A stretch of 53,391 nucleotides of DNA. Origin: Actinobacteria bacterium RBG_16_68_21 (GTDB lineage Bacteria; Actinomycetota; Acidimicrobiia; Spongiisociales; UBA11373). Each line of letters starts with the position of its first letter. The stretch's first letter is position 1. Made by a program: the position numbers and the translations under genes. Below, piece by piece: positions 1 through 7,576 of this stretch. The notes below the pieces were generated by a model. The model was not told the origin of the DNA and searched no databases. It was given only the letters and a program-made list of their open reading frames with translations. Location: assembly GCA_001767695.1 (NCBI GenBank), contig MELR01000023.1, forward strand, positions 16,326 to 69,716, written 5' to 3'.

Positions 1-45
1 GCACCGGCGGCGAAGATCCCGGAAACACCCGCTCCTCCCAAGATC

Positions 46-564
46 GTGTCCCGTCCGGTCTCCCCGTTCCAGGTCGGCGACAAGGTCGTCTATCCGCATC
101 ACGGCGCCGCGGTGATCACCAAGAAGGAACGCCGCGAGTTCTCCGGCACGCGGACCGACTTCTTCGTCCTTCAGGTGGCCATCGATCAACTGATCCTCAG
201 GGTGCCGGTGGCGCGCGCCGCCGAGCTGGGGGTTCGGCCGGTGATCTCGCGAACTGCAGCCGGTCGCGTGCTGGCGACGTTCCGCACCGAACCCGAAGAG
301 GCGGGTGCCAACTGGAGCCGGTGGTACAAGCTGCTCACCGAGAAGATCACCAGCGGGGACATCTACCAGGTGGCAGAGGTCGTGCGTGACCTGACGTTTG
401 CCCAGCAAACCAAGGGGATTTCGCCGGCGTTGAAGCGAATGCTCTCAAAAGCCCGTCTGATCCTCGCATCAGAGCTTCGGTTCGCCCTCGATCTGTCCGA
501 AGAAGATGCGATGAAGCGTCTCGACAAGGCTCTTCCAAAGGTGGAATCCGACGAGGAGGAGTGA
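46..564 (+). CDS. carD: CarD family transcriptional regulator
   Basis: The N-terminus FQVGDKVVYPHHGAAVI...FFVLQV is typical of the CarD/TRCF RNAP-interacting domain. The 172-aa gene sits upstream of ispD-ispF, as in actinobacterial carD loci. The start is a GTG, as in the ORF track. Confidence 0.85.
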   Translation: MSRPVSPFQVGDKVVYPHHGAAVITKKERREFSGTRTDFFVLQVAIDQLILRVPVARAAELGVRPVISRTAAGRVLATFRTEPEEAGANWSRWYKLLTEKITSGDIYQVAEVVRDLTFAQQTKGISPALKRMLSKARLILASELRFALDLSEEDAMKRLDKALPKVESDEEE

Positions 565-571
565 GGGCGGC

Positions 572-1636
572 ATGATCATCGAAGCCGTTCGCCTCATAGT
601 CACGCTCGGGTTCACGGCCGTCGGCTTTGCCGTCGGTCGCGAGTTTCCGCGATGGGTCGGGGCAACCGGTCCCAATCCCGACGCATCGATCGTCCTCGGC
701 GCATTGATCGGTGCCGGTGTCGGCTACGTGCTCGGCGGCCTCCTCGGCCGGCTGATTCGCCGCGGGGTCGATCGAGCGCCCGACCTCGTGTCGGCAACCT
801 CGGGTCCGCAGCTGTTCGCCGGGACCTTTGGGCTCCTCGCCGGCGTCGTGTTGGGAGCGGTGGCCGCCACCCCGATGATCATCCTGCTCCCTCCGGCCGT
901 GGGCTGGTCGGCGGGCGGCCTGGCGCTCGTAGTGCTCGCCGCGCTCGGGAGCAGGGTGTTCGCAGCCCGCGCCGACGATCTCCTCGCCGCCGCCGGTCTC
1001 GGTACCCGCCGAGCTCCTGTCGACCCGGCCGAGCCGTCGGCCGTCAGGATGTTCGTCGTGGATACTTCGGCCGCAATCGACGGCCGTGTTCTCGATCTGG
1101 CGCGGGTCGGGCTGATTCGCGGCGAAGTGCGGGTTCCCGGCTTCGTGCTCGACGAACTGCAGGGCATCGCCGACAGCGGTCAGAAGAGTCGTCGGCGGAG
1201 GGGCCGCCGGGGACTCGACGTCCTTGACGCGCTCACCGGTCTTCCCGGGGTGCGGGTGCGAGCGGATGAACGCACCTTCCCCGAGCATCCCGACGTGGAT
1301 GCCAAGCTCGTCGCCCTCGCCCTCGAATCCGGGGCGACTCTGGTGACCACGGACCACAACCTGGCAAAGGCTGCGGGGCTTCGCGGCATAGAGGTACTCG
1401 ATCTCCAGGCGCTCGGCGACTCCCTGAAATCGGGACCGGCCACAGGTGAAGTGGTCACTTTGTTGGTCGAAAAGGCCGGCAGTGAGCCCGGCCAGGGCAT
1501 CGGCTATCTCGACGACGGAACGATGGTCGTGATCGAAGATGCCGCGTCGCTCATTGGAACATTGGTGGAGGTCGAGGTGTCCACGACGTTGCGAACCGCC
1601 GTCGGCCGCCTGTTGTTCGCCAGACTGGTGGCATGA
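572..1636 (+). CDS. PIN/TRAM domain integral membrane protein (YacL-like)
   Basis: It has N-terminal TM helices, a central PIN-like block (VVDTSAAIDGR ... LVTTDHNLAKAA) and a C-terminal TRAM-like beta domain. Its stop overlaps the ispD start (ATGA). Confidence 0.75.
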   Translation: MIIEAVRLIVTLGFTAVGFAVGREFPRWVGATGPNPDASIVLGALIGAGVGYVLGGLLGRLIRRGVDRAPDLVSATSGPQLFAGTFGLLAGVVLGAVAATPMIILLPPAVGWSAGGLALVVLAALGSRVFAARADDLLAAAGLGTRRAPVDPAEPSAVRMFVVDTSAAIDGRVLDLARVGLIRGEVRVPGFVLDELQGIADSGQKSRRRRGRRGLDVLDALTGLPGVRVRADERTFPEHPDVDAKLVALALESGATLVTTDHNLAKAAGLRGIEVLDLQALGDSLKSGPATGEVVTLLVEKAGSEPGQGIGYLDDGTMVVIEDAASLIGTLVEVEVSTTLRTAVGRLLFARLVA

Positions 1637-2241
1637 ATCTTCACGGCATCGTGGTCGGGGCCGGCTCGGGCCGGCGCTTCGGCGGAACCAAGGCCACCAG
1701 CCTCCTACGGGGGAGGCCGCTGTGGGAGTGGGCTCGGGACGCGCTGGTGCAAGGCGGAGTTGACGGCGTCGTCGTGGTCGGTCCTTTCCCGGGGGGTCTC
1801 CCCGGAGGACCGCGACGGCGCGACTCGGTGCTCGTCGGACTGCATGCTCTCCGCGACGGTGTCACCCATGTCGTGATCCACGATGCCGCCAGACCATTGG
1901 CGAGCGCGGCTCTTACCCGGGTGGTGGTGGCCAGGCTGGCCCGGGGCGACGTCGCCGCCGTTGTGCCGGCGGTGCCGCTGCGCGATACCGTCAAGCGGGT
2001 GTCCGGCGATTTGGTGACCATGACGGTCGATCGATCCGAGTTGGTGGCGGTGCAGACGCCGCAGGCCTTCGTACTCACCACGCTGCTCGAAGCTCATCAC
2101 TCCGGGGACGAGGACGCTTCCGATGACGCGACGCTGGTCGAGCGGGTCGGCGGCCTGGTGGCCGTGGTTCCGGGCGAGCCGACGAATCTCAAGATCACCT
2201 ATCCGGAGGACCTGGTCGTTGCCGAGGCAGTGCTGCGATGA
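1633..2241 (+). CDS. ispD: 2-C-methyl-D-erythritol 4-phosphate cytidylyltransferase
   Basis: It carries the GAGSGRRFG motif near the N-terminus and has IspD length (202 aa). It lies directly upstream of ispF with an ATGA overlap. Confidence 0.85.
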   Translation: MNLHGIVVGAGSGRRFGGTKATSLLRGRPLWEWARDALVQGGVDGVVVVGPFPGGLPGGPRRRDSVLVGLHALRDGVTHVVIHDAARPLASAALTRVVVARLARGDVAAVVPAVPLRDTVKRVSGDLVTMTVDRSELVAVQTPQAFVLTTLLEAHHSGDEDASDDATLVERVGGLVAVVPGEPTNLKITYPEDLVVAEAVLR

Positions 2242-2711
2242 GGATCGGCTGGGGGCTGGACGCCCATCGATTCTCCCCGGTGGGAGGAGTCGTGCTCGGT
2301 GGGATCAGGGTCGAGGACGCGTTCGGCGTGGAGGCGACATCGGATGGCGATGTCGTTGCCCATGCCGTGATCGACGCCATCCTCGGAGCGGCGGCGCTCG
2401 GCGACCTCGGGGAGCGCTACCCGAGCGATGATCCCCGGTGGCGGGATGCCGACTCGATGTCTCTGCTGGGCGACACGGTGACCGACGTCGGCGGTCGCGG
2501 GTTTCGGGTTTCTGCCGTCGACGTCACGGTGGTGGCGGAGCAGATCCGGGTTGCCCCTCACCGGGAGCGAATCCGGCAGGGCCTGGCCGAGGTCCTGGGT
2601 ATCGACGTCTCGCGGGTGTCGGTCAAGGCGACCACCACCGATGGGATGGGGTTCACCGGCAGGGCCGAGGGCCTGGCGGCGATGGCGGTGGCGGTGCTGG
2701 AGGAGGTCTGA
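2238..2711 (+). CDS. ispF: 2-C-methyl-D-erythritol 2,4-cyclodiphosphate synthase
   Basis: The RIGWGLDAHRF and SDGDVVAHAVIDAILGA motifs are characteristic of MECDP synthase. Length is 157 aa. Confidence 0.9.
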   Translation: MRIGWGLDAHRFSPVGGVVLGGIRVEDAFGVEATSDGDVVAHAVIDAILGAAALGDLGERYPSDDPRWRDADSMSLLGDTVTDVGGRGFRVSAVDVTVVAEQIRVAPHRERIRQGLAEVLGIDVSRVSVKATTTDGMGFTGRAEGLAAMAVAVLEEV

Positions 2712-2785
2712 CGCCGGTCAGTCCGTCGTGACCCGATGGCGGTCCGCCAGGGAGTCGCCTCTCGAGACGGGCCACCCGCACGCTT

Positions 2786-2832
2786 CAGCGGACAGCGGAC
2801 AGCGGACAGCGGACAGCGGACAGCGGACAGCG
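2786..2832. repeat. tandem heptamer array (CAGCGGA) x6.7
   Basis: Perfect 7-nt tandem repeat read directly from the sequence. It lies in the convergent ispF/GDPD spacer and ends 2 nt before the GDPD stop codon (2835-2837). Confidence 0.95.
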
Positions 2833-2834
2833 CT

Positions 2835-3569
2835 CTACCCCAACGCGGCGCGCCCCACGTCGGGCCGGTTGGTGAAGATGACGCCGACCCCGGCGGCGGC
2901 GAGGCGTCGCATCTCGCCCGGGTCGTCGGTCCACCAGACTCCGATCTCGATTCCCCTCCGGCCCGCAGCGGCCACGACCGCGTCGGCCTGCCCGCCGCCC
3001 ATCGACATGAGCGGGGGGAAGAGCATCTCGATTCCCGGCACTGCGTCGAGAGCGTCGCGGGGGTCGGTACCGTGGTCGAGCACCAGGCCTGATCGCATTC
3101 CCGCCGCCAGCGCTGTTGCCACCGAGCCGCGATCGAACGACGAGAGCACGATGTCTCGCCGACCGCGTAGTGCCGCGACGGTCCGTGCCGCGACCGCGGC
3201 GTCGGGATCCCAATCGGGATCGGCGGGATCGTTCTTCACCTCGACGTCGATCCACATGCCGGCGCAGGCGGCGATGGCGGCGGCCAGGTCGGGGATACCC
3301 GGGTCGACCACGGCCAGTTCGTCGCGGGTCAGCGCGACGATGGGCCGGTTGGTTACCAACGCGTTGTGGTGAACCACGAGGGCGCCGTCGGCCGTCGCCC
3401 GAACATCCAACTCGACACCGTCGGCACCGAGCTCGGCGGCGTGTGTGAAGGCGGCGAGGGTGTTCTCCCGCCGGGCGTGCGACGCTCCGCGGTGGGCGAC
3501 GATCCACGGCCGGCCGGAAGGGTGGGGCACCGGGGGAGCATATGCGGGGCCGTGCAAGCCCGATACCAT
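2835..3569 (-). CDS. glycerophosphodiester phosphodiesterase family protein
   Basis: The WIVAHRGAS..ENTLAAF...GADGVELDVRATADGALVVHHN motif block is typical of GDPD enzymes. The start is uncertain; it lies only ~10 bp from the divergent cysS start. Confidence 0.8.
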   Translation of the reverse strand: MVSGLHGPAYAPPVPHPSGRPWIVAHRGASHARRENTLAAFTHAAELGADGVELDVRATADGALVVHHNALVTNRPIVALTRDELAVVDPGIPDLAAAIAACAGMWIDVEVKNDPADPDWDPDAAVAARTVAALRGRRDIVLSSFDRGSVATALAAGMRSGLVLDHGTDPRDALDAVPGIEMLFPPLMSMGGGQADAVVAAAGRRGIEIGVWWTDDPGEMRRLAAAGVGVIFTNRPDVGRAALG

Positions 3570-3579
3570 CCTCGCGCCG

Positions 3580-4983
3580 ATGAACGTCTACAACACCCTG
3601 GGCAGAGTCATGCAGCCACTGGAGCCGCGCACGCCCGGCGAAGTGTCGATGTACGTGTGCGGGCCGACCGTGCAGGCGGCTCCGCATGTCGGACACGGAC
3701 GACAGGCGGTGGCATTCGACGTGATCCGGCGGTATCTCGTGTGGCGCGGCTACGCGGTGCTATTCGTGACGAACATCACCGACGTCGAAGACAAAATCAT
3801 CAATGCTGCCGCCGAGGAGGGAATCACCGCCGAGGAGGTGGCCCGCCGGGCGACGGCCCAGTTCCTCGATGCCTACGGTCGGCTGCGGGTTCAGCCTGCG
3901 GACGAGCTGGTCTATGCGACCCACGAGATCCCGGCGATGATCGCCACCATCGCTCGGCTGATCGAGCGGGGTCATGCCTATCCCGCCGGGGGCGACGTGT
4001 ACTTCTCGGTGCGATCGCTTCGGGGCTACGGAAAGCTGAGCGGCCGCAACGTGGACGAGATGCGATCCGGCGCCCGCATCGACCCGGGGGAGCACAAGCA
4101 GGATCCGTTGGACTTCGCCCTGTGGAAGGCGTCGAAGCCGGGAGAGCCGGCCTGGGACTCGCCGTGGGGTTCGGGGCGACCGGGATGGCACATCGAGTGC
4201 TCTGCCATGGCCGTGGAACGCCTCGGGTTCGGGTTCGACATCCACGGCGGTGGTCTCGACCTGATCTTTCCTCACCACGAGAACGAGATCGCCCAGGCAG
4301 AGGGAGCGGAAGGAGATGAGCCGTTCGCCCGTTACTGGCTGCACAACGGGATGCTCAACCTGCGCGGCGAGAAGATGTCCAAATCCGAGGGCAACATCGT
4401 CGATCTGCTCGGACTTCTCGATCGCTACCGACCAGAGGCGGTACGGCTCTACTACCTGCGTGCCCACTACCGGCAGCCCCTCGAATTCGGTGACGACCTG
4501 CTGGCCGACGCCGAGGCATCGCTCGACCGGCTGTGGGCCTTCCGCCGGCGGATCGGTACCGTCGGCGACGCCCCCGATGCCGGGGTGGTCGCCGCCTTCC
4601 AGGCGGCGATGGACGAGGACTTCAACACGGCGGGAGCGATGGCAGTGCTGTTCGATGCGGTGCGCGAGGGCAACCGGCTCGCCGATTCCGGCGAAGATGC
4701 CACGCCGATCGCCGCCGCCTACGACGAGATCGTCGCCGTGCTGGCCATCGGCGAGGACGCCGTCGACGTGACCGACCTCGCCGGGGATCTCGGCGCTCTC
4801 GGGGCGGAGCTGGGGGTGGATGCGACGGAGCCGAGGGCCATCGTCGACGCCCTGGTCGCACTCCGTTCGGCGGCCCGGGAGGGGCGCGACTTCGCCACCT
4901 CCGATCGGATCCGCGACGAGCTGACCGAGCTCGGGATCGTTCTCGAGGATGGCGCCGATGGCACCACCTGGCATCGGCGATAG
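3580..4983 (+). CDS. cysS: cysteine--tRNA ligase
   Basis: It has the class I HIGH-type motif (PHVGHGR), the KMSKS motif and WGSGRPGWHIECSAM. I place the start at ATG 3580 (MNVYNTLG); the upstream part of ORF 3445 overlaps the GDPD gene. Confidence 0.9.
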   Translation: MNVYNTLGRVMQPLEPRTPGEVSMYVCGPTVQAAPHVGHGRQAVAFDVIRRYLVWRGYAVLFVTNITDVEDKIINAAAEEGITAEEVARRATAQFLDAYGRLRVQPADELVYATHEIPAMIATIARLIERGHAYPAGGDVYFSVRSLRGYGKLSGRNVDEMRSGARIDPGEHKQDPLDFALWKASKPGEPAWDSPWGSGRPGWHIECSAMAVERLGFGFDIHGGGLDLIFPHHENEIAQAEGAEGDEPFARYWLHNGMLNLRGEKMSKSEGNIVDLLGLLDRYRPEAVRLYYLRAHYRQPLEFGDDLLADAEASLDRLWAFRRRIGTVGDAPDAGVVAAFQAAMDEDFNTAGAMAVLFDAVREGNRLADSGEDATPIAAAYDEIVAVLAIGEDAVDVTDLAGDLGALGAELGVDATEPRAIVDALVALRSAAREGRDFATSDRIRDELTELGIVLEDGADGTTWHRR

Positions 4984-5689
4984 CGTCGAAGGCGTTCACG
5001 CGGTCGATGCCGCCGTCGGCGCCGGCCGGGTGCAGCGTCTCCTGGTCGAGCGAAGCCGGGCGGATGCCCTCTCCGCCCTGATCGAACGGGCGCGCGCCGC
5101 CGGAGCTTCGATCGAGCTCGTCGACGATGTCCGCCCGATGGCTGGAACGGATGCACCGCAAGGGGTGCTCGCCCGCTGTCGTCCCATTCCAGTGGCGAAT
5201 GTCGAAGACGCCGTGGCGGCGCGATCGCCGGCTGCGGTGGTGGTCCTCGATCATCTCGAGGATCCCCGCAACGTCGGGGCAATCGCCCGCACCGCGGTGG
5301 CCGCCGGGGTCGGAGCGATCGTCGTCGCTCGCCATCGGTCGGCCCCGATCGGGGCCACTGCCTTCAAAGCGGCGGCGGGGGCGTTCGAGCATCTGGTGAT
5401 CGCCGAGGTGTCGTCGGTGGCGGACGCGGTGGTGGCTCTGCGGAAGCTCGACGTGTGGACTATCGGCCTCGACGCCGGCGGGGACCGGAGCCTCTTCGGC
5501 CTGGACCTGCTCGCCGAGCCGTGCGCCCTCGTGCTCGGGGCGGAAGGGGGAGGGCTCGGCCGCCTGGTCCGTCAGCGAGTGGATGTGGTCGCTTCGATCC
5601 CACTTCACGGCCCAATGGAGAGCCTCAACGCCTCGGTGGCGGCGTCCCTGGCGGTCTACGAGATCGCCAGGGTGAGGGCGACGGGCTGA
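4949..5689 (+). CDS. rlmB: TrmH/SpoU family RNA 2'-O-methyltransferase (RlmB-like)
   Basis: It has a SpoU C-terminal methylase block (LDHLEDPRNVGAIARTA ... LVLGAEGGGL ... IPLHGPMESLNASVAA). Its position after cysS matches actinobacterial loci. The exact start is uncertain. Confidence 0.75.
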   Translation: MAPMAPPGIGDSVEGVHAVDAAVGAGRVQRLLVERSRADALSALIERARAAGASIELVDDVRPMAGTDAPQGVLARCRPIPVANVEDAVAARSPAAVVVLDHLEDPRNVGAIARTAVAAGVGAIVVARHRSAPIGATAFKAAAGAFEHLVIAEVSSVADAVVALRKLDVWTIGLDAGGDRSLFGLDLLAEPCALVLGAEGGGLGRLVRQRVDVVASIPLHGPMESLNASVAASLAVYEIARVRATG

Positions 5690-5775
5690 CGCCCGCCGGC
5701 AATGAGCGATGGGCCTCGCGGCACTCGGCCGCGAAAGGCTGAATCAGGTCGAAACGCCGGCGGTGGGCGGCGATC

Positions 5776-5851
5776 TGGAGCCGGGTGTCGGAATCGAACC
5801 GACGACATCCGCTTTACAAGAGCGGTGCTCTACCAACTGAGCTAACCCGGC
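5776..5851 (-). tRNA. tRNA-Thr (anticodon TGT), CCA encoded
   Basis: The reverse complement reads GCCGGGTTAGCTCAGTTGGTAGAGCACCGCTCTTGTAAAGCGG...GGTTCGATTCCGACACCCGGCTCCA. It folds as a cloverleaf with anticodon loop CTTGTAA. Confidence 0.9.
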
Positions 5852-5930
5852 GACAGACCCAGGCTACCGCCATGTCTTCCGCTTCAGCATGAGCCGGAGG
5901 TTCGTGGCATCCCCGAATTCCAGCTGGAGT

Positions 5931-5982
5931 TGGTCATTGGTCATTGCTCATTGCTCATTGCTCATTGCTCATCGCTCATCGC
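5931..5982. repeat. tandem heptamer array TGGTCAT x2, TGCTCAT x4, CGCTCAT x1, decaying
   Basis: Read directly from the sequence. It lies between tRNA-Thr (-) and the DUF3263 gene (+). Confidence 0.95.
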
Positions 5983-6034
5983 CCTCCCCAACAATCCCCG
6001 GCAACCACCCGCCTCGCCCGTACCCTTGAGGGCG

Positions 6035-6286
6035 ATGCTGTCCGACTCCGATCGCGCGGTCCTCGAATTCGAAGGCCGTTGGTGGCACTACCCGGGTCCC
6101 AAGGACCGGGCGATCCGCGAGTACCTCGACATGAGCGCCACCCGCTACTACCAGGTCCTGCGAAGGCTTCTCGATGATCCCGCGGCCGATCGGGAGGCGC
6201 CGATGACCATTCGCCGTCTGCGCCGGGTTCGTGAGCACGCCCGCCGACGCGCCATCGAACGCCGCCTCGGCGAGCCCGGCGGCTGA
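6035..6286 (+). CDS. DUF3263 domain-containing protein
   Basis: LSDSDRAVLEFEGRWWHYPGPKDRAIREYLDMSATRYYQVLRRLLDDP matches the DUF3263 pattern as I remember it. I place the start at ATG 6035. The longer ORF-track N-terminus only translates the heptamer array. Confidence 0.75.
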   Translation: MLSDSDRAVLEFEGRWWHYPGPKDRAIREYLDMSATRYYQVLRRLLDDPAADREAPMTIRRLRRVREHARRRAIERRLGEPGG

Positions 6287-6289
6287 TCG

Positions 6290-7486
6290 GTGGAGGGGGA
6301 CCACGGAATCCGCAGGGTCGGAGTCGTCGCCTGGAGTCTGCTCGGCACGCTTCTGCTGATCGGAGCCGTTCTCTGGCTCCTGACGAAGGTGTGGATCATC
6401 ATCCCGCCGATCGTGCTCGCCACCGCCATCATCTACGTGCTCAACCCCGTCGTGAATCGGCTGCACAACCGGGGGGTAGCCCGCTGGCTCGGGTCCTGTC
6501 TCTCGTACGCGGTGCTCATCGGGCTGTTGACCCTCGCCGGCTTCCTGGTTTTCCCCAGCATCGCCGATCAGGCCCAGGAGCTGGGCAGCAACTTCCCGAC
6601 GATCTACAACGATCTGGTATCCGACGTCGAGAACCTCGCCGCCAACATCGGGTTTTCCAAAGTGGAGCTACCGAGATTCGATGAGCTCGAAGCGCAGATC
6701 AACGAGGGGGACTTCTTCTCGAGCCGCCTGGCTCGTATCACCGACATCACCCTCGGTGTCTTGGAGACTCTCCTCATCCTGATCCTCGGTCCGGTGGTCG
6801 CCTTCTACCTGCTCCTCGATCTGCCGACGTTGCGGCGGAAGACGATGGAGTTGATCCCCGATCGACATCGCGCCGAAGTCGCGCATGTCTCCCGGCAGTT
6901 GGGCACTGCGGTCGGTGGTTTCCTGCGAGGCCAGCTGCTGGTGGCGCTCATCGTGGGGGTGATGACCAGCGTCGGCTTCTGGGCGATCGGCCTGCCGTTC
7001 TGGCTGCTCATCGGGATGATCGCCGGGTTTCTCAACATCATCCCCTTCGTCGGTCCCTGGGTGGGGGGTGCCCTCGGAGTGCTCGTGGCGCTGGCCACCC
7101 GGGACCTGCAGACCGCCCTCTGGGCGGGGCTGGTGGCGCTCGTCGTGCAACAGGTCGACAACCACTTCGTGAGCCCGACGGTCCTGCGGGTGACGGTGCG
7201 GCTGCACCCGGCGTCGATCGTGCTCGGCCTCATCGCCGGGGCGGCCATCGGGGGGTTCTGGGGGGTCCTGTTGACGGTGCCGGTCATGGCCTCGGTGAAG
7301 ATCATCGCCGGACATCTGTGGCGAACCCGGGTGCTCGGTCAGTCCTGGGAGGAGGTGACCGAGGCGCTCCTCGAGGAACATCCCACCGGTGAGACCTTCT
7401 TCAGCCGGATCCGACATGAGGAAGCGGTCGAAGACGCCGCCGAAGCCTCCGAAGAGTCTGATCCCGGCACCGACCTACACTCCTGA
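6290..7486 (+). CDS. AI-2E family transporter (PerM/UPF0118)
   Basis: A polytopic membrane protein of about 400 aa with AI-2E-like topology and an acidic C-terminal tail. Confidence 0.75.
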   Translation: MEGDHGIRRVGVVAWSLLGTLLLIGAVLWLLTKVWIIIPPIVLATAIIYVLNPVVNRLHNRGVARWLGSCLSYAVLIGLLTLAGFLVFPSIADQAQELGSNFPTIYNDLVSDVENLAANIGFSKVELPRFDELEAQINEGDFFSSRLARITDITLGVLETLLILILGPVVAFYLLLDLPTLRRKTMELIPDRHRAEVAHVSRQLGTAVGGFLRGQLLVALIVGVMTSVGFWAIGLPFWLLIGMIAGFLNIIPFVGPWVGGALGVLVALATRDLQTALWAGLVALVVQQVDNHFVSPTVLRVTVRLHPASIVLGLIAGAAIGGFWGVLLTVPVMASVKIIAGHLWRTRVLGQSWEEVTEALLEEHPTGETFFSRIRHEEAVEDAAEASEESDPGTDLHS

Positions 7487-7576
7487 TCCTTCCGGAGGGA
7501 TGCCACGCACCGCCGACGCGCCGTCAGCCTCGTCATCGCCACGATTGCCCTGGTCGCGTCGTGGGCGCCCGCGGCG

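Noticed and set aside
572-1636. The PIN-domain protein considered as a VapC-type toxin of a toxin-antitoxin pair.
   Set aside because: It is a 354-aa membrane-anchored PIN-TRAM fusion in the conserved carD-ispDF neighbourhood (YacL-like), with no adjacent antitoxin-sized gene.
5930-6034. Repetitive N-terminal peptide extensions in the ORF track: CSLLIAHCSSLIA at 5930, IANCQLPIANCQL at 9656 and METGNW at 45259.
   Set aside because: They are simply translations of the heptamer arrays. In each case a downstream ATG with a proper ribosome-binding site begins the conserved protein.
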